A stretch of 30,476 nucleotides of DNA from a virus (taxonomy: Duplodnaviria; Caudoviricetes): IMG/VR virus record IMGVR_UViG_3300005837_000721, positions 1-30,476 of that record, one strand, 5' to 3'. Shown here one piece after another: positions 17,339 through 25,141 of this stretch. The notes under the pieces were generated by a model. That model saw only the letters and a list, made by a program, of their open reading frames with translations. It did no database searches and was not told where the DNA came from. The position numbers and the translations under genes are program-made. The stretch's first letter is position 1. Every line of letters begins with the position of its first letter.

Positions 17339-17533
17339 TTATATTGTTGTTAGGTCTATTGGGTTTTTGTAAACTCTGTTACCTACTGCGTACCCTGCAT
17401 TCCAAAGTTCCTCTCCTGCTCCAATTTCTACAACAGTATAGTAATCCTCATTTTCTAAAACTATCTTTTCTGTATAAGTTGAATTTCCTACCTTGTAAGT
17501 TATTGTTCTGTCTTTCCAAATAATTGCTTTCAT
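17339..17533 (-). CDS. Hypothetical protein (64 aa)
   Basis: ORF track; first gene after a strong consensus promoter. Confidence 0.75.
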   Translation of the reverse strand: MKAIIWKDRTITYKVGNSTYTEKIVLENEDYYTVVEIGAGEELWNAGYAVGNRVYKNPIDLTTI

Positions 17534-17560
17534 CTTTTTAAGTTTTAATTAATTACTCAA

Positions 17561-17591
17561 CAAAGATATTAAAAAAATTTAATAAAACAAG
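17561..17591 (-). promoter_or_regulatory. Early promoter
   Basis: CTTG-N19-TATCTTTG. Confidence 0.8.
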
Positions 17592-17624
17592 CATAAAGCA
17601 AAAAAAAAATAAAAAAAATTTTTA

Positions 17625-18782
17625 CTAACGTATTGCGTAAGTACCATATTTAGGTCTGCCTAACTTATTGACAACAGAATAACGCAGGGCATCAAGCGAG
17701 TTATTAAAAGCATCAATTGGTTTATTAGTTAATTGACCATTCTTGTCCTCAATGTATTTGTAATTCCTTAACTCTTTGATCATATTAATACTGTCCTCTG
17801 TGACGTGGAGTTTATATCTCCGTATCATATCAATAGACAAATTAATAGCACCCTTGTATGTTTTCTTTGCATTAAAGCCCATTCTAAATAACTCCTCAAT
17901 ACTTTTCGGCTCTGCACTATCGCACCAGATCTCTTCCCTCCGATCCAATCCCAACCTCTGCAACTCTCTCCCAATATCTTGGTTTGTCATTCCTGTTCGG
18001 TAGATCAACTCCCTTGCGTACATATTATCGCCCTCAACGTATGTTTCTACCAATGCCGTACTATCGTTGCTAAAACCAAAATCAAGCCCTCTGCCGATTA
18101 GTTTTGCATTGGGTGGTATATTGGGTACAGTATTGAAATTAAACACCAGAGCACGACTCTTTCCACGTTCTCCGAGTCCATAAACCCTCCAATAGTTCTC
18201 GTCTATATTTTTTAACCTCTCAATCTCCTCAATCAAAGTGGACTCCAGAAACGGATTGTCCCTGTATGTAGTTTGGTAAAACTCTACGTCCTCCCTATTC
18301 AATACCTTGTCATAAATCCAATGGTACTCTTCACTTGGATTGTAGTCAATTATAATCTTTTCTGTTGTTCTGAATATCAACTGTTGCCAATCCTCAAAAT
18401 TCAACTCATTCGCCTCGTTTATAAATAGTAGGTTTCTTTTACGCCCTCGTATCTTGGTCGGTTGGTCTAAACTAATAAACTCAACACGATTGTTGTTTAA
18501 GTAATACTCGTGTGTACTCTTAATATGTAACTCCTCAAAATATAGATTGTTCTGTTTGAGTATATCGTAGAAGTCTCGCATCACAGTCCCACGAACTGCA
18601 GGAAATGTTTTCCGTACTATCGTAATAGTTTTCCCCTCATTCTTTACGCAATAATCAAATATAAGCCACAACAAAATATTGTAAGTTTTACCAGATCTTG
18701 TCCCTCCCTGCTCAACTACAATCTTTTTTGTACTATCTTGTAAATGTTCGTAAACTACATTACTCCGTATCTTCGTCTTCAA
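17625..18782 (-). CDS. terL: Terminase large subunit (PBSX/SPP1-like)
   Basis: Walker A GGTRSGKT, Walker B LFINEA, nuclease motifs GLDFGF, DSAEP and DALRY. Confidence 0.96.
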   Translation of the reverse strand: MKTKIRSNVVYEHLQDSTKKIVVEQGGTRSGKTYNILLWLIFDYCVKNEGKTITIVRKTFPAVRGTVMRDFYDILKQNNLYFEELHIKSTHEYYLNNNRVEFISLDQPTKIRGRKRNLLFINEANELNFEDWQQLIFRTTEKIIIDYNPSEEYHWIYDKVLNREDVEFYQTTYRDNPFLESTLIEEIERLKNIDENYWRVYGLGERGKSRALVFNFNTVPNIPPNAKLIGRGLDFGFSNDSTALVETYVEGDNMYARELIYRTGMTNQDIGRELQRLGLDRREEIWCDSAEPKSIEELFRMGFNAKKTYKGAINLSIDMIRRYKLHVTEDSINMIKELRNYKYIEDKNGQLTNKPIDAFNNSLDALRYSVVNKLGRPKYGTYAIR

Positions 18783-19119
18783 TCTTTTTAATTATTTCAA
18801 CATCAAAAAGTTTAGTTCCCTCAAATCCTGTAATCTCTTGCCTCTCAACGTAACCTCTCTTTTTTCCTTTGGTCTTTAAATAGAAAATAGTAGCCGATGT
18901 GCTACCCTCTCGAATTTGTTTATGTAATTGACTTTCGGCAAAATCTAATGTTATATTGCTGATGTCCTCAACTTCTCGCTTGAAATCTGGATCATCTTTT
19001 AACCATTGGTAAAATTGAGTTCGACCAATACCCACCTTTTTACAAGCCGTAGTAACTACTCCTAAACTCTGCTCCAATGCTTGAATTATTGCTTTTTTAT
19101 GTTGTTCGGTTTTGTTCAT
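18760..19119 (-). CDS. terS: Terminase small subunit (HTH)
   Basis: N-terminal HTH (ACKKVGIGRTQFYQW) and ATIFYLKTKGKKRGY; overlaps the terL start. Confidence 0.8.
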   Translation of the reverse strand: MNKTEQHKKAIIQALEQSLGVVTTACKKVGIGRTQFYQWLKDDPDFKREVEDISNITLDFAESQLHKQIREGSTSATIFYLKTKGKKRGYVERQEITGFEGTKLFDVEIIKKIEDEDTE

Positions 19120-19857
19120 TTACATTCCTTTTATTGGTACTTTCATTATTGGGTTGTAATCAAAACTTCTCTTGCTCGTGCTATCCATTTTAATAACATC
19201 TTTTCCCCACTTTCTTTGTAAATCAAAAAATTGGCTCTTTTCGTAATCTAAATTTCTGTATGCCGCACAACCTCCTGCCTGTTCTGATTGTTTAACTTGG
19301 TAGTGAGCAAAATTAAACCTCAAACAACCTCCGTTGGTTTTTATGTGTTGTAATGTTATATCATAATCCTCTTTTAAAGGTAATGCCTCATCGTATCGTA
19401 TTTTGTTTTTAAGGTGTGCTTGAAATGGTCCGCCTATGTATTGTAATGTTCCAAAAGGCGAGTACTCCCTGTATGCTCCTTTGTCCGTTACACAATTCAA
19501 CCCCCAAAACTTAAACCCAAACTCATTGCAAAGTATTGATGCATTCTCGCAAAACTCCTCCAACTCTTCTGGCTTAAAAACTTTTTTCTTTTGATCTTGC
19601 CACCTCCCAACTCCAGAGCAGTCATCGTCCAAAATTACAATGCAATCCGCATCATCAAATAAGTTGTCTAATATCCAATTTCTAACCCTGCAGAGGTTTC
19701 CTTGTGCGCTATCTGGACAAACCACAATGTCGTTGCCATTTTTTCTGTATGCCTCTGCCTCGCTTTCCTTGACTACCAATTTAACAAAAGGGTATTTTTT
19801 TTGTGTTATACTCTTCTCTGGTCTTTTATATGAAGGTGCATAAAATTTAACTCTCAT
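19120..19857 (-). CDS. GT-A fold glycosyltransferase, TAGT/GREB1-like
   Basis: PSYKR, RNWIL, VILDDD (DxD), KEDYD.TLQ and GGC motifs. Confidence 0.8.
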   Translation of the reverse strand: MRVKFYAPSYKRPEKSITQKKYPFVKLVVKESEAEAYRKNGNDIVVCPDSAQGNLCRVRNWILDNLFDDADCIVILDDDCSGVGRWQDQKKKVFKPEELEEFCENASILCNEFGFKFWGLNCVTDKGAYREYSPFGTLQYIGGPFQAHLKNKIRYDEALPLKEDYDITLQHIKTNGGCLRFNFAHYQVKQSEQAGGCAAYRNLDYEKSQFFDLQRKWGKDVIKMDSTSKRSFDYNPIMKVPIKGM

Positions 19858-20464
19858 TTTTGATCCTGTTTATTGCTTCAACCCCATTAAGCACTCGTCC
19901 TGTTCCTTTGCTCCATTCTTTACCATTGGCTCGCCTCGCAGTTTCTGTCTGCAATCCAAATATCGTTTTGGCTTGTAACCAATCAATGTCCTTGTCAAAC
20001 TTCAAAACAAGGTAATTGCTTTCCGCATCTAATTCAGTTGCAAATATATTCTCTGTGTCTATGTTATCTGGGTTAGTCATCTCCTCAACCTCCTCATCGG
20101 TAAAAGGAACATCTACACCCCAATCGCTTAATTTATCGGTGTCCCACTCATTTGCTAACTGATCCCAGTCCCACTCTCCAAAACCAACATTGTCCTTAAT
20201 AATAAACTCCTGTTGTTGTTCGTCTGTTAGATCCTCTGCCTTAATAATGTAGACCTCCTCCAAACCTGCCTCCAGACTTGCCTTGTAACGCATATTCCCT
20301 CCCAAAATAACATTGTCTTTGTTTACTACTATTGGTCGTATTTTTAGCATCTCTGGAAATTGTCGTATGCTCTTCACTAATTTGCCAAACTTGAAATCCT
20401 TAATAATTCGTGGGTTAGCCTTGTTTGGTTTAATGCTTGTTATTTTTACTTTTTTGATTTGCAT
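19847..20464 (-). CDS. ParB/Srx N-terminal domain protein
   Basis: PNKANPR, RPIVV, ILGGNMR and KDN...GEWD motifs, plus an extra C-terminal domain. Confidence 0.85.
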   Translation of the reverse strand: MQIKKVKITSIKPNKANPRIIKDFKFGKLVKSIRQFPEMLKIRPIVVNKDNVILGGNMRYKASLEAGLEEVYIIKAEDLTDEQQQEFIIKDNVGFGEWDWDQLANEWDTDKLSDWGVDVPFTDEEVEEMTNPDNIDTENIFATELDAESNYLVLKFDKDIDWLQAKTIFGLQTETARRANGKEWSKGTGRVLNGVEAINRIKNES

Positions 20465-20469
20465 AACTC

Positions 20470-20495
20470 TATAACGATTTTTTAAATTTATTTTA
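20470..20495 (-). promoter_or_regulatory. Putative late promoter
   Basis: TAAA-N14-TCGTTATA-GAGTT-ATG. Confidence 0.7.
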
Positions 20496-20907
20496 TAACT
20501 TCGACCTCTTCTGCCCTAACCTCTTCGTATGCCGTCTGCACTATGTCGTACACCGCATCAACATCACTATTGTTTAGTTTAGGTAAAGCACTCTGAATAA
20601 AAGCAACCCTATTGTTTTGACCTCCTACACTATCCAAATAGCTCAAAAACTTTGTTTCCAGATTTTTATTAAACCTTATATAAACAGGGTAGTTTCTTAT
20701 TGCGTGTAATACTGTTGCGTGGTTAGGTTTATATCCTGTTGATCTCTCAACCTCATTCACTATGTCTGTCAATCTCATTCGATAATAGTTATGTAGGTAA
20801 TAATAAAATACCGCCCTTGCCTCCACGTATTCTCTCTTCCTTGTATGTTTAAATAAGTTTAGGTTAAACTCAAAACTAAAATCGTTTATAATCTTTTTTA
20901 AATTCAT
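20488..20907 (-). CDS. DnaA C-terminal (domain IV)-like DNA-binding protein
   Basis: RKREYVEAR...LTDI...NHATVLHA resembles the DnaA signature R...ARQ...DHTTV.HA. Confidence 0.75.
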   Translation of the reverse strand: MNLKKIINDFSFEFNLNLFKHTRKREYVEARAVFYYYLHNYYRMRLTDIVNEVERSTGYKPNHATVLHAIRNYPVYIRFNKNLETKFLSYLDSVGGQNNRVAFIQSALPKLNNSDVDAVYDIVQTAYEEVRAEEVEVIK

Positions 20908-20909
20908 TT

Positions 20910-21683
20910 TTATAATGTTCCGTTAATAATATAATTGTCCAACTCTGGCTCTCCATTCATAAAGAAATCCTTGTAAATTCCAATTCCGTATGCGACCTTT
21001 CGCTCCCCCTCCAAATAAAAGTCCTCGCTAACGTCCCAAACTCCAATGTCTAAACTTGACTTGTCAATTACCAGAAATTTGAAGTCCGAGTAATGAACAT
21101 TGAATAAATTGCAATAAAGGTACACCTGTATATCGTAACCATATTTTTTTGCTGAATATGGAAATGCCTTTATATCGCTTGTTGTCTTAATGTCTGTGAT
21201 CCCTTTATTGGTTAGTATATCTGCTTTCCCTCTGAACGGCACACCCATAACCTCGCCCAATATCGGCACCTCAAAACTCGCACCGCTTAACATTCGTAAA
21301 GCAACTTCGTTCTTTAATAAAGCGTCAGCGACTCTCTCCGCATTCTCTTTTTCTGTTCTCGTATATACAACTCCAAACTCTGCTTTTGCCTCCTTGTATG
21401 CCTTTGCATTTTTACTTGCCACATCTACAAAATGAAACTTGTCCCACTTCTCTGGCTCCAGAATTAAAGTATGTAATAGTGTTCCGTCTCTTAAACCTTG
21501 ACTCTCTGGTTGCCCATACTTGGTAATGTAGTGGTATTTCTTTGGACTATCAACCAATAGCTTAATGCTACTGCTACTCAATGCAAGTCTGTTTAATTCT
21601 CCGTAATAGAAATCATCATCTGTCATTTTATCAATGACTTTTGCCTTGTCGTATTTCTTATTATCTAATAACTCAATTTTCAT
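20910..21683 (-). CDS. RecE/exonuclease VIII-like PD-(D/E)XK nuclease (DUF3799-like)
   Basis: LSSSSIK, GTLLH..ILEP, GKAD, DIKTT and YGYDIQ..LY motifs. Confidence 0.85.
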   Translation of the reverse strand: MKIELLDNKKYDKAKVIDKMTDDDFYYGELNRLALSSSSIKLLVDSPKKYHYITKYGQPESQGLRDGTLLHTLILEPEKWDKFHFVDVASKNAKAYKEAKAEFGVVYTRTEKENAERVADALLKNEVALRMLSGASFEVPILGEVMGVPFRGKADILTNKGITDIKTTSDIKAFPYSAKKYGYDIQVYLYCNLFNVHYSDFKFLVIDKSSLDIGVWDVSEDFYLEGERKVAYGIGIYKDFFMNGEPELDNYIINGTL

Positions 21684-21829
21684 ATTCTAAAATATTTGTT
21701 TTTAACAACAGACCACCACAACTGCAATCTGTTAAGATTAATAAATTCGTCACTCGTAAAAATATGTATATGTCCGTTTTTATCAACGTGACTCCAAATT
21801 CCTGTTTTTAATTTTTTAAATTCTTTCAT
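21680..21829 (-). CDS. Hypothetical protein (49 aa)
   Basis: Hand-translated MKEFKKLKTGIWSHVDKNGHIHIF...RI*; ATGA-coupled. Confidence 0.6.
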   Translation of the reverse strand: MKEFKKLKTGIWSHVDKNGHIHIFTSDEFINLNRLQLWWSVVKNKYFRI

Positions 21830-21846
21830 TTTTCTTATCTTTTAAA

Positions 21847-21972
21847 TTATCGCATATCGCCCTCAAAACAACTTCCGCTACAATATTGTTTGTCTTGATG
21901 CATTGGCTTTCCACAAAAACTGCATTCGTACTCTGGATCATAAGCAGGGTTTCCGTAATCTACTATCTCCAT
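21847..21972 (-). CDS. Small zinc-finger protein (41 aa)
   Basis: Hand-translated; CSFCGKP...YCSGSC. Confidence 0.65.
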   Translation of the reverse strand: MEIVDYGNPAYDPEYECSFCGKPMHQDKQYCSGSCFEGDMR

Positions 21973-21974
21973 TT

Positions 21975-22166
21975 TTATAAGTTTTCCATTATTTGATAAA
22001 GTGAACTGTCATATCGGTTGCCGTTACCTAACGCTTGGTCCAACCCATAACTTGCATACGCTTTGTAGTGATCGTAATACTCTGTTCCTCTTAACGTCTG
22101 ATCGATTAACTCCTTTGCCTCTTCGATCATTTCGATTGCCTCTTGTAAATTTTCAAATCTGTTCAT
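21975..22166 (-). CDS. Hypothetical protein (63 aa)
   Basis: ORF track; promoter and leader upstream. Confidence 0.7.
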   Translation of the reverse strand: MNRFENLQEAIEMIEEAKELIDQTLRGTEYYDHYKAYASYGLDQALGNGNRYDSSLYQIMENL

Positions 22167-22199
22167 TTTTTTGTCTTTTAAATTATTAATTAACTTCGT

Positions 22200-22230
22200 T
22201 AAAGATATTAAATTTTTTTAATATAACAAG
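22200..22230 (-). promoter_or_regulatory. Early promoter
   Basis: CTTG-N19-TATCTTTA. Confidence 0.7.
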
Positions 22231-22237
22231 CACTTTG

Positions 22238-22540
22238 CTAAATTTTTTTCCATTTTTTTAATTCACTCTCCAACTCTTCAACTCTCTCCTCTGCTTTTCT
22301 CGCTCTTAATACGGCTCTGTTTTTATCCTCTCTGTATTGACTCATTGCCTTGTTATACATTTTACGATCCATTTGCAGATTGTTTACATAAAAGAAAATT
22401 CGTGAAATAGCACCAGACATTTCAGTCAAGGTTTTGGTTTCCTTTTTTTTAATCTGGTTAAGGATCAAAGTACTCAACATCTCAATGTCAGCCAAGTACT
22501 CCATATCTTTTAAAAGGTCGATTTTAGCATTCATCTCCAA
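22238..22540 (-). CDS. Hypothetical coiled-coil protein
   Basis: ORF track; true start is possibly the ATG two codons in (MNAK). Confidence 0.7.
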   Translation of the reverse strand: MEMNAKIDLLKDMEYLADIEMLSTLILNQIKKKETKTLTEMSGAISRIFFYVNNLQMDRKMYNKAMSQYREDKNRAVLRARKAEERVEELESELKKWKKI

Positions 22541-22700
22541 AAGCCTTGTCCAACTCTAATTGTTGTTTCGCCTCCTCTAATTTAGCGGTAAACAATTCAA
22601 TCAAGCATTTTGCTTTTTCAACTTTTGATGTATGGTAATCTAATTCCCATTGTGCATCTTTTAACTCCTTTTCGTAAATCTCGATAAATTGTGTCTTCAT
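22524..22700 (-). CDS. Hypothetical coiled-coil protein (58 aa)
   Basis: Hand-translated MKTQFIEIYEKELKDAQWELDYH...DEC*. Confidence 0.6.
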   Translation of the reverse strand: MKTQFIEIYEKELKDAQWELDYHTSKVEKAKCLIELFTAKLEEAKQQLELDKAFGDEC

Positions 22701-22710
22701 ATCTATTAAA

Positions 22711-22989
22711 TTAATTGTTATAAACTATTCTACTATTTTGTAATACTTCTAATTTCTTTTTAAAATCTCCTTTGATCTTGCCACATAGTGGGTACAACTC
22801 TGTAACAACCTTTGTCCCTGCTTTTAACTTTTTATTCTTGTAACTCCAATCCTCTGTTAGCACCATTTCTTTGCGACCACAGTAACCCATAGTCTCTCTG
22901 TCTGGATTTTCTAACTTAATACTTCCGTAATACTTGTTTTGGTACATAATATCCATATGGTAACCAAACGTCTCAAATATCTTATCCAT
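22711..22989 (-). CDS. Hypothetical protein (92 aa)
   Basis: ORF track; tiles with neighbours. Confidence 0.7.
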   Translation of the reverse strand: MDKIFETFGYHMDIMYQNKYYGSIKLENPDRETMGYCGRKEMVLTEDWSYKNKKLKAGTKVVTELYPLCGKIKGDFKKKLEVLQNSRIVYNN

Positions 22990-22990
22990 T

Positions 22991-23146
22991 TTACTGTAGG
23001 TTTATTAAGTGAATAGTTGATCCGTCGTCCATTAACAAACTATCATTGTAAACGCATACGACTTTTAAAACTGAAATAATTTCTTTACCAAATCTCGATG
23101 TTCTTTTGATTTTAAACTCATCTCCTTTTTTGTAACTTGTGTTCAT
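22991..23146 (-). CDS. Hypothetical protein (51 aa)
   Basis: Hand-translated MNTSYKKGDEFKIKRTSRFG...NLQ*. Confidence 0.6.
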   Translation of the reverse strand: MNTSYKKGDEFKIKRTSRFGKEIISVLKVVCVYNDSLLMDDGSTIHLINLQ

Positions 23147-23176
23147 CTTTTTATCTTTTAAGCATTAATTCTTGAA

Positions 23177-23207
23177 CAAATATACAACGTATAAACGACT
23201 TATCAAA
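23177..23207 (-). promoter_or_regulatory. Early promoter
   Basis: TTTG-N19-TATATTTG, a full Bacteroidota consensus match. Confidence 0.8.
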
Positions 23208-23237
23208 ATTTTTTGATAAAAAAAGGTAAAAAAAATG

Positions 23238-23711
23238 TTATTTCTTTTTGTCAAAGTAATCTTTCCAGATGCTGACTCGTTCCTCTCCAACCTTGTCCAC
23301 AATACTTGCAAGGTCTTCTTTTAATAAAAAAACCTCCTTTTGAACTTTATTGTTTCCCCAATATGAAGTCGTAGGGCAACTCTTCTCAAAAACTTTAATG
23401 TCTTTCAACTTATCCAACCAAAACCAATAACTGCCTTTTGGATCACTAACAAAATAAATCTTCACAATATCGGAGTCTAACTCCATTAAAGCATTATATT
23501 TCTTAACCTCCAACATTTTGGTTTCGTAATACTTTTTTCGGAACTTCATTTCAATAACGCATTTTTTGCCCTTTGGTGTAATACCTATCGCATCATAGCA
23601 AAGGTTAGCATCTCCAACCCATTCCAACTGCCAATCGTCAAATGTATTCAACATCATAACGAATGCTTTTTCAAATTTATTAGTTGTCTGGATCTTGCTC
23701 ATAATAATCAT
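23238..23711 (-). CDS. PD-(D/E)XK nuclease-like protein
   Basis: E...YDA...IEMKFR catalytic pattern. Confidence 0.7.
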   Translation of the reverse strand: MIIMSKIQTTNKFEKAFVMMLNTFDDWQLEWVGDANLCYDAIGITPKGKKCVIEMKFRKKYYETKMLEVKKYNALMELDSDIVKIYFVSDPKGSYWFWLDKLKDIKVFEKSCPTTSYWGNNKVQKEVFLLKEDLASIVDKVGEERVSIWKDYFDKKK

Positions 23712-23886
23712 TTAATTGAGCAATCCAACTCTTAATTGTTTTAGGGCTACAAGTACAAGGTTTATAGTAGGTGTGGTTAAAATACTTTGCGTGTAATTCA
23801 CAAACCATTGTAAACTCTTCTTTACTTAATACATTTTTTTTGCTACTTCTAAACTTCTCCCAATCCTTTCGGTCTAATTTATCCAT
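23680..23886 (-). CDS. Hypothetical protein with CxC motif (68 aa)
   Basis: KPCTCSPK motif. Confidence 0.65.
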   Translation of the reverse strand: MDKLDRKDWEKFRSSKKNVLSKEEFTMVCELHAKYFNHTYYKPCTCSPKTIKSWIAQLNDYYEQDPDN

Positions 23887-24038
23887 TTATCTAATCTGTC
23901 AATTTTTATTTCGTTCCACTCTTCTCGCCTCCTGTCGCAACCGCAATCCTCAACTCCATAAATTTTTGTTAGTTTTTTTACGATCCAACGAATGCCTGTA
24001 TATTTTGTGAAATAGTAAACTAAATCTCCCAACCTCAT
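23874..24038 (-). CDS. Hypothetical protein with CGC motif (54 aa)
   Basis: Hand-translated MRLGDLVYYFTKYTGIRW...DCGCDRRREEWN...*; ATGA-coupled. Confidence 0.65.
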   Translation of the reverse strand: MRLGDLVYYFTKYTGIRWIVKKLTKIYGVEDCGCDRRREEWNEIKIDRLDKWIN

Positions 24039-24541
24039 AACAATTTTGTTATATCGTTTAGATCTTTATTTTTGATTTCATAGGTAGTGCAATCAAAAAC
24101 CGTAAACGTCCCGTTATCTCTTTGCCTCTTCGTTCCTTTTTTAAACTTCTCGGCTCTCTCAAATAACTCCTCCTTTGTAACCCAACCGCAAGCAGTAACA
24201 TCACTTGTCTTTTTATTCAATGAAGCAAATATGTAAATGTCACATTTGAAATGCTTTTGCAATCCAGAAAAATTGTGAACGTAATCTGGTTTCATTGCTA
24301 CATTTCTGCCCATTGTTTTAATATCGACTTTTTTGTCTCCGAGCATCATATCGTACCCTCCGTCAAAACCATCTTTAAACTCAAAATCCTGCTTGAATAA
24401 TTGGTGTACTTTCATTTCCCCCAAAAGCCCAATGTACTGATGTACTTTTTTGCCATCAAAATCTCCTCTGTTTCCTATATCATTTTTTTTAAGAAACTCC
24501 CAAACCTTGTTTTTTTCTTCTTGTGTAATTGTTATTCTCAT
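24035..24541 (-). CDS. Restriction endonuclease-like PD-(D/E)XK protein
   Basis: GLLGE...DGGYD...VDIKT and CGWV motifs. Confidence 0.65.
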   Translation of the reverse strand: MRITITQEEKNKVWEFLKKNDIGNRGDFDGKKVHQYIGLLGEMKVHQLFKQDFEFKDGFDGGYDMMLGDKKVDIKTMGRNVAMKPDYVHNFSGLQKHFKCDIYIFASLNKKTSDVTACGWVTKEELFERAEKFKKGTKRQRDNGTFTVFDCTTYEIKNKDLNDITKLL

Positions 24542-25041
24542 TTTTTTAATTTTTGGTTTAACATCTTTTTAATTTTTAAAACTGTTCTCCGTATAGAGTG
24601 GTAATCTATTCCTGTTTTTTCTGCAAGTTGCGACATATTCCAACCCTCCAGAAAAACCAACTCATAAATTTTAACCTCATATAAATGCCACTTTTTAATG
24701 TCCTCCTTTATTTCTTGTAATCTCTCTTCATATTCAAAACCTCCATTCAAAGTAATTGGCTCATTGTAAATTTCGTCTGTATAAATAATTCTCTTTTTTT
24801 TCTTTGACTGATCCAGAAACATATTTCGCAAAACTTTGAACACAAAATAATAATTAACCTCCGTATCATTAAACATCAATGTCTTGTTGTACTTTCCTTT
24901 CCAACTATCGATTTTAATGTACATATCCTGCACCATATCCTCGGCATTGCTATCCGCTCCAAATGACTTGGCAATCCGTACCCACTTATCGTGGTCCTGT
25001 GCTAACAATGTAATTACGTTATTTCTCTTCGTCTGGCTCAA
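24538..25041 (-). CDS. ECF-type (sigma-70 regions 2 and 4) RNA polymerase sigma factor
   Basis: AEDMVQDMY (region 2), LRNMFLD, C-terminal HTH MSQLAEKTGIDYHSIRRT; TTG start. Confidence 0.8.
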   Translation of the reverse strand: MSQTKRNNVITLLAQDHDKWVRIAKSFGADSNAEDMVQDMYIKIDSWKGKYNKTLMFNDTEVNYYFVFKVLRNMFLDQSKKKKRIIYTDEIYNEPITLNGGFEYEERLQEIKEDIKKWHLYEVKIYELVFLEGWNMSQLAEKTGIDYHSIRRTVLKIKKMLNQKLKK

Positions 25042-25141
25042 TTTTATTAATTATTTTATGTACTAAAATGTACAACTCTCCAACAGCTTTTTCCAGTCTT
25101 TTGATCCTCTGATCGACTGTATATTTTTTTGGTGTCTTCAT
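25019..25141 (-). CDS. Small hypothetical protein (40 aa)
   Basis: Hand-translated MKTPKKYTVDQRIKRLEKAVGELYILVHKIINKIEPDEEK*; ATGA-coupled to the helicase. Confidence 0.55.
   Translation of the reverse strand: MKTPKKYTVDQRIKRLEKAVGELYILVHKIINKIEPDEEK

Noticed and set aside
19847-20464. ParB as a plasmid-prophage partition system
   Set aside because: No ParA or parS array and no HTH domain; context is glycosyltransferase and terminase.
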